DNA of 64,000 bases, from the NCBI RefSeq assembly GCF_006345805.1, contig NW_021833745.1:7618-71617 (forward strand), in the 5' to 3' direction. The stretch's first letter is position 1; each line of letters begins with the position of its first letter. This DNA comes from Octopus sinensis (lineage: Eukaryota). Positions 56,455 to 64,000 of this stretch are shown here, piece after piece. Under the pieces are notes generated by a model. That model made no database searches. It had not been told where the DNA came from and saw only the letters and a list, made by a program, of their open reading frames with translations. The position numbers and the translations under genes are program-made.

Positions 56455-56590
56455 GAACGAACAACAGGTTAATAATCGGTCATTTTTTGGTACATGGACA
56501 CGAAAATGGAGACATAACACCTACAACGCCTCCGACGAAGACGGTGTTACTTTGAGAACAGACCATTGGATATTATGTCCCCATGTATAA
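56455..56590 (+). CDS. Candidate terminal coding exon of an unidentified gene
   Basis: Acceptor aatttcttgtctcttttacatttatacAG. The phase-2 frame gives NEQQVNNRSFFGTWTRKWRHNTYNASDEDGVTLRTDHWILCPHV*; phase 1 is also open for a shorter stretch. No homology recognised. Confidence 0.35.
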
Positions 56591-57406
56591 TGTCTATGTG
56601 TCAAAGAGAACTTGGAAAACAATTATCGGCATGCCTATTATTAAAGATTCGTCTTGCCACACTTCAATAATATAATTTGTTGTTATCAGCTGTTTCTTAT
56701 CAGATTCTATTCGTATCAATTATGTATAATTAAGTTAATTATTATTTCTTACATATAGGTGAGGTAAGAATATTATTGGCAAACAATTAATTCCACATCG
56801 ATACTAGCATGGTACATTATTCTATCGATAAACGTAAGTTGAAAAACGTGATTTTTGTGAGGAAACCTAAGTTTACACTTGAAAACTTATTAACAAAACT
56901 TATAAAGAAGATACTAGCCAATACTGGATCACAATCCTTGTTCTAACCATTCTACCAAATCACAAACCGATAAGAAACGATATATTCTAAATTAGGTGAA
57001 GGCCAATAAATTTGAGTGGAGGTGATTAGTAGAAACCATTGAGCATATTACTTGATGTATAATTCCTTTGAAAACTACGAAATAATGAAAGCCAAATTTG
57101 ACATCGGCAGGATTTGAACCTATAGATTAAAAGGCTGGAACATTCACGACAAACCATTCCTTTCTCCTATTTATTAATGATTCTTTCACTAATATCTATT
57201 ATTCGAATGCTTTGCGTTAATATTTTTACTTCACTTACTAGGTCTCAAGACTAAAAAAATACTTTTAAGTGATTAATTCTGGTTATCATTGTATAAAATG
57301 CGTCACATGATACAAACACACTTCCATGATTACTACCGGCTAACCAAACACCTACATAACAAGTAGATGAAGGTAAGCTTACCAAAGTGTTAAAGTAGAG
57401 ATGATG

Positions 57407-57440
<34 letters not shown>

Positions 57441-58340
57441 CAGATGTTAGATCATTTCAAAATGTGAATGACACGTTTATTTAGAAATGAATATTTCTAA
57501 ATATTGTTAATGAACATTTCTAAATATTCTATATGAATATTTCTAAATATGCATTGCTCAAGGCTCAAAATCCATCCATCTCTCTACGAGCCATCAAAGA
57601 ATACCTGTTGACAATTAGATTTCTAGATACGCCGGGATTACCTCTAGCAACATTTATTAATAAAAACCAAAAAGTACCCTCTGGATACTGTATTTGATAA
57701 TATGGTTATGTTGGAATTATCACAGCTCCAATTTCTTCGCCCAGAGATTTGCTCTCCTACTTGCCCTCTTCCCGAACCCTCCACTTCCTGTTCCGCTTCT
57801 GGCTCCCTCTCTTACCCTTTCCCAGTATTTTACCGGCCCTTCCTTGATATCCATCTCTATCAGTGCTTTTTTTGTATGTCTGGTCAAGGGTGGAACCAAT
57901 TTTTGTTAGATTTACTGGAGTTTGCTCTCCCTCTCTTCCTCATTCATATCACTCCTGTCTCCGAAAGGGATCTGTGACTGGGAGATAGTCATATATGGAA
58001 TGTCTTTGAGCATACATTCCCTGGATGTTTGTCTGGATCTTCTCACCCTTCCATTCTCTCCTCCCTCCTATCTGTTCCTTTGCTTCCCTGCTGCCATCTC
58101 CACCATAGTCCAGCAGGTGTATGCCTAATGTGACTCATAGAATATCAACTCGTTTACATTTGTTTCTAAACAAATGACACAAAAACATTTGAATCAGAAA
58201 CTGGGAAGTTCCAAATTGGAAAGCCTTTCTCCACATGACTTATCAATATAAATTGCTACAGTCGTCAGCTGTCAGAAAACCATCAGCTGGAGTATATCAG
58301 CGTTTCGCACATATTTTGCGCCATTGAAGAGTGAGGCCAA

Positions 58341-58995
58341 TGGAAGCACTCCGTCGGTTACGACGACGAGGGTTCCGGTTGATCCGAATCAACGGAAGAG
58401 CCTGTTCGTGAAATTAACGTGTAAGTGGCTGAGCACTCCACAGACACTTGCACCCTTAACGTAGTTCTCGGGGATATTCAGCGTGACACAGAGAGTGACA
58501 AGGCCGGCCCTTTGAAATACAGGTACAACAGAAACAGGAAGTAAGAATGAGAGAAAGTTGTGGTGAAAGAGTACAGCAGGGATCACCACCATCCCCTACC
58601 GGAGCCTCGTGGAGCTTTAGTGTTTTTGCTCAAATAAACACGACGACGAGGGTTCCGGTTGATCCGATCAACGGAACAGCCTGTTCGTGAAATTAAGTGG
58701 CTGAGCACTCCACAGACACTTGCACCCTTAACGTAGTTCTCGGGGATATTCAGCGTGACACAGAGAGTGACAAGGCCGGCCCTTTGAAATACAGGTACAA
58801 CAGAAACAGGAAGTAAGAATGAGAGAAAGTTGTGGTGAAAGAGTACAGCAGGGATCACCACCATCCCCTACCGGAGCCTCGTGGAGCTTTAGTGTTTTTG
58901 CTCAAATAAACGCTCACAACGCCCGGTCTGGGAATCGAAACCGCGATCCTAAGACCGCGAGTCCGCTGCCCTAACCACTGGGCCATTGCGCCTCC
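58341..58995 (-). mobile_element. SINE group C with a ~280-bp internal tandem duplication and a TSD
   Basis: Body repeated at 58360-58640 and 58641-58910 with shared private variants; flanks agtgaggccaa / agtgaggctaa. Confidence 0.92.
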
Positions 58996-59311
58996 GTAGT
59001 GAGGCTAAACAGCATTAGAGAATGGAAGCGATAACATAAAATGTGCAAAGATAAACTGTATTTCAGAACTGAGTATTTGCCATTCAGCAAGAAAGAACTG
59101 CAACTGAAGAGATAATCTAACCTCGAGAGTTTCTAGAGACATCGAATTATTTTCTTGACAAAATATCTCGTAAGTCATTTGTCATTAGTCTCCTTTCATT
59201 TATTCTATATATTTTGTGATATCTAAAAACACGCAGTTCAGGGCTACATTATTTACACACAAATACACACACACACACACACGAACACACACACACACAC
59301 ACACACACATC

Positions 59312-59551
59312 TAGCAGAAACGTTAGCACGCCGGGCGAAATGCTTAGCGGAAGTTCGTCTGCCGCTACGTTCTGAGTTCAAATTCCGCCGAGGTCGACTC
59401 TGGTTTTCATCCTTTCGGGGTCGATAAATTAAGTACCAGTTAGGCACTGGGGTCGATGTAATCGACTTAATCCATTTGTTTGTCCTTGTTTGTCTCTCTG
59501 TGTTTAACCCGTTCTGGGTAGTAAAGAAATATATACATGTATGTATGTATG

Positions 59552-59582
<31 letters not shown>

Positions 59583-59788
59583 ATAGACATATTGAGCAAA
59601 CTTATCAGTAGTTTATCCAATGAAAACTGGAACAACAGTCGCGGAAATTTGCTACTAATGTAATACGTAATGACCAGGTAAGTCTTCAGCTTCACCAACC
59701 ACATTGTAATGGGTTCACTCCCACTGCGTGTCATCTTGAACAAGTGTCTTCTACTATAGCCTCGGGTGCAGCGAAAGAAGCCTGTTGC

Positions 59789-59832
<44 letters not shown>

Positions 59833-60080
59833 ATGAGAGAGTGGGAGGGGGAGAGAGAGAGAGAGAGTTCGTCTTTGTATCTGTGTTTGTCCGCCCACCA
59901 TCGGCTAACAACAGACGTTGGTGCGTTTAAGTCATATTAAAATTAATGGGTCGGCAAAACAGCCCACTAGAATAAGCTGTAGTCTTATAATGAATAATTC
60001 CTGGGTGTTGATTTGTTCGACTACGACGCATTAAGTCGTTGCTCCAGCATAGCCGCAATCAACAAACTGAAATAGGTAAA
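59312..60080 (+). mobile_element. 5'-truncated SINE A1 (59312-59530) followed by a diverged SINE B (59676-60080)
   Basis: Diagnostic head, central and tail motifs of each group. Confidence 0.8.
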
Positions 60081-60185
60081 ATAGAATATATATATGCGTA
60101 TATATAAACTTTATATATGTATGTATATATATGCTTGTATATATGCGTATAATTAATACATTATATATATATATATATATATATA

Positions 60186-60223
<38 letters not shown>

Positions 60224-60660
60224 TACATACATACACGCATATATAGTATTACAGAATAATAGGATACACTGCACTTTTACTCTGTATAGTATTCTAGCAG
60301 GAACACATTACAGACCGATCGTCCGTACGAATGAATATTTAGGAATTGTCAACAATGAACTGGATAATTGATCATCAGAGACTATGTTAATTCGTTATGA
60401 TTTCTAATTATGTGTCGGTCACTGAAGAAACGAAATACGAAGAATTTGTCTCCGTACTTGCTTTTGTTCTTCACAAAAGCAAGTACGGAGAATGCTGTAA
60501 TCTAAGCCTCTTTGTTGTACTGGATCTCACAATAAAGGACATTTGGTATTCGTACATTATTGAGCAGCAAAATTATACGGTAATTTTCGCCCATGTGCAG
60601 CATATTCTTTCACTTACGCATACGTATGTATGTGCTTAATATATAGGTGCATGAGTGGCT

Positions 60661-60828
60661 ATAGGCGCAGGAGTGGCTGTGTGGTAAGTAGCTTGCTTAC
60701 CAACCACATGGTTCCGGGTTCAGTCCCACTGCGTGGCATCTTGGACAAGTGTCTTCTGTTATAGCTCCGGGCCGACCAATGCCTTGTGAGTGGATTTGGT
60801 AAACGGAAACTGAAGGAAGCCTGTCGTA

Positions 60829-60859
<31 letters not shown>

Positions 60860-61048
60860 GCGTGTGTGTGTGTGTGTTTGTGTGTCTGTGTTTGCCCCCC
60901 CCTAGCATTGCTTGACAACCGATGCTGGTGTGTTTACGTCCCCGTCACCTAGCGGTCGGTTCGGCAAAAGATACCGGTAGAATAAGTACTTGGCTTACAA
61001 AGAATAAGTCTCGGGGTCGATTTGCTCGACTAAAGGCGGTGCTCCAAA
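60661..61048 (+). mobile_element. SINE group B (3'-truncated)
   Basis: Head ataggcgcaggagtggctgtgtggtaagtagc through ggcggtgctcca. Confidence 0.9.
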
Positions 61049-61608
61049 AACGGCACCTTCTGTCTGTCGATCTGTCTATTACCATATTGCTGTCCACATC
61101 AGTAAACCAATCTTGACGAAATATGTGCGTATTTGTTCACCCATATCCAGTTCAATTACAGGATAATCTGATTTCAATACAAATCTGTAATAGGGCCCCT
61201 AGTAGGGTTGGGCTATTATTTGATAAAATGAGAAGGGTGCAAAGTGTGTTAGTTTGAGTGAAATGTAGTAGCATATTTCGTGTGGGTGATATCAGGGAAG
61301 GGCAGAATAGCATTGTGTAAGTAACAAATATGGAGTGGCAATGAAGTGGTAACGTTAATTCTGCTGTTATTCACGGATATACACGCAACGCTGCACATAA
61401 TTTCGTAAATACATAGATATATGCATACAAACACACAGCTATCACTCACACAATCACATACACATAGCTAGCTTTTAAAATGCCGAGGAAGGGAAAGTAA
61501 GGCGGTGTGAGTAATACACACTGTTAAGGAGAGTGTGGGTAAGTGACTTTTCAGCTGTCCGTCGCAGAAACACACTCACACGCATACATATATATATATA
61601 TATACATC

Positions 61609-61701
<93 letters not shown>

Positions 61702-61702
61702 T

Positions 61703-62003
61703 ATGGCTGCCTCCTCGTTATCGAGTACGGTCATTGCACGAAGCTTAACTGTTACTGGTGCTGTGATCGAACGTGACTTTTTAGCACAGCTAAAGATCTT
61801 CAATGACTTGTACAGAATTGGCAGCGAAAACATTTAGCGGTAATAGCCGGCTGTAGTTGTTATTGGGCTTCATGTACCTTTGCATGTCGTTTAAGCCCTC
61901 CTGCTGAATTACACTCTCTTCCACATGCCCGACAGATACGATTAGTATGGTGTGTTACACCACCACCAGTTGCTTTATGACTGCGAAGATGTCTCTTGAG
62001 TCA
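61703..62003 (-). pseudogene. RTE-like LINE 3' fragment with two decayed C2H2 zinc fingers
   Basis: Minus-strand translation ICRACGRECNSAGGLKRHAKVHEAQ*QLQPAITAKCFRCQFCTSH*RSLAVLKSHVRSQHQ*, then gaccgtactcgataacgaggaggcagccat; flanked by (TA)n. The clade assignment is inferred. Confidence 0.6.
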
Positions 62004-64000
62004 TATATATATATATATATATATATATACATGCATACATACATGGATACATACATACATACGTTCATACATACATACATACATACATGTCTCTACTATA
62101 CATATATACATTTCTATATGCATACATACGTACATACATATCTCTACTCTACACCAATTTAAACTCTTCATTACCAGCGTGTATGTCTGCAACCGGGTGC
62201 GCATTTCAATGCGTGTGTTTCACGTCCTATAACTGTCCGTCTCTGTACTTTTTTAGGGTCCTTCCCTTTGCTAACATAATAAAAATTCTTGCGTATGATT
62301 ATCTGACTTATATTTTGGAATGCTTCTGTACTTCTGTGCAAGTTATATATGCGTCACCACTAAGAAAGGAAGAAAAATAGAAGAAAAAACTGTAATTTTG
62401 ATATCATTTAATATCGTAACAGTTTAGAAATTGTTGCCTCCAAACCACAAACGATAAACTATTTCTGTATTTAAAAAAAAATTTTTTTTTTTGATAAATC
62501 AATACACACATTGTTTATCATTTCCAAAATTAATTTTCTGGCATTTCCTTCATTTCAACAATCTCATTCTGATTGTTTTCGACACAACATGTGAGTCATT
62601 CGGATTCTAAGAACAGTTCAAGCTGTAAATCTTTGCACCTCATGTATTCATAATGTATGAAATTGCTTGCTGATATTCACGATGTACAATAGATTTTATA
62701 TGTTTATTATTCTATATAGAACATTTATTCAATATACAGCTATACAAATATATATGAGACATTGTCATGTCGCTCTTTCAAATAGTTGTGCCGGATGCAG
62801 GTAGCAAAATGGAGAACTTTTGACGAGATCAGGTGTGCTTTTCTCATTATCTCTCAATGTTTCTCGACACAATGAAATATAGTATATATTGTGTAGCATC
62901 ATTTATTCCTGACCGGTAAATTATATATCGTAAATATGCTATAATGAGGGTGTGTATATGTGTCAGTATGTGTGAGTGTATTTGTCAATGTGGCCGTGTT
63001 TGTCCCCCATCACACTGGGAAACCGGTGTTGGTGTGTCTACGTCCCTGTAACGTAGCGGTTTATGACAATGTTACGATAGATTAACTATTACGTTCTACA
63101 GTAAGAAGACGCTGGCGTCGATTTGTATCGGCTAAAATCCTCTAAGGTGGCGCTGCAACATGACCGCTGTCTAACCAATGAAGCGAATAAAAGATAGCGA
63201 ATGCCACACATAGTCAGAAAGAACGGATTTGTTCGAGCACCAGTGAGTAATATTTTAATAATACGTAATATATTCCTCCGAGGATGTGATATGTGCATGA
63301 TATCTCTTGTTTCCCACCGTATAAAAATTCGAAATATGGACTGCTCAGACATTACTCATACATTGTAATTCATATCTATTTTGCAAAGAGCAGTTGAAAT
63401 CATTAGCAATTATCAATTCAGTAGACCAATATATATGCAAATTGCCTTTGTAGAATTCTTGAAAAATCTGTGTATTATAGGTCGTATGTTTAATTACTCA
63501 CAGACGGTAAAACGCTGTCGGCATTCACAGATTTTTACAGTGTTATCTAAAACAGAAGAGATACACCCTCCTGATAATCTTTACTGACAATAAGAGAAAA
63601 CTTTCTGTAGATCTTCCGGGCATTCTGTTTCAGTCTCCTTCGGATACTTGTCTACATCTTCGCTTACTGTTCCCAACGCAACAATTATTATAGGAAAAAC
63701 CCTTACTGTTCGCATGATCCAAATTCTTCTTATATTCTAGGAAGGGCCTTCACTATTAGGATGCTCCAGTTTTCTTCCAATTTCTCCAAATTCTTCTTCT
63801 TCTTCTTCTTCTTTTCTTCTTCTTCTTCTTCTTCTTCCTTCTTCTTCCTCTTCTTCTTCTTCTTTCTCCTTCTTCTCCTTTCTCCTTCTTCTTCCTCTTC
63901 TTCGTTCTCTTCTTTTTCTCGTCTTCTCTTTTTCTTCTTCTTCTTCTCTTTTTCTCTCTTCTTCTTCTTCTTCTTCTTCTCTCCTCTTCTCCTCCCTTCT

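Overview
This is an AT-rich eukaryotic window dominated by microsatellites and interspersed repeats. It is most likely an intronic/intergenic stretch of an octopus (coleoid cephalopod) genome; this is an inference from the repeat landscape, and no database search was possible. No long coding ORF or recognisable host gene is present: nearly all ORFs in the supplied track are (TA)n/(ATT)n/(CAT)n read-throughs or SINE-derived. The window contains many copies of three tRNA-derived SINE groups (working names A, B, C), three non-autonomous Helitrons, two MITEs, decayed R4/Dong-like (RLE) and RTE-like LINE ends, and a few weak candidate exons. The main finding is a set of Type I hammerhead ribozyme (HHR) motifs. 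Two well-formed ones (22320-22384 and 53838-53915, both minus strand) each sit inside a terminally redundant ~430-500 bp unit inserted in (TA)n. A third near-intact one lies at 20527-20616 (+), and there are decayed relics. This architecture fits Penelope-like pLTR or retrozyme-type elements that may replicate through circular RNA. A second notable signal is a 21-nt candidate microexon (17831-17851) enclosed by a G-U-rich ~43-bp RNA stem. Coordinates were counted by hand and repeat boundaries may be off by a few bases.
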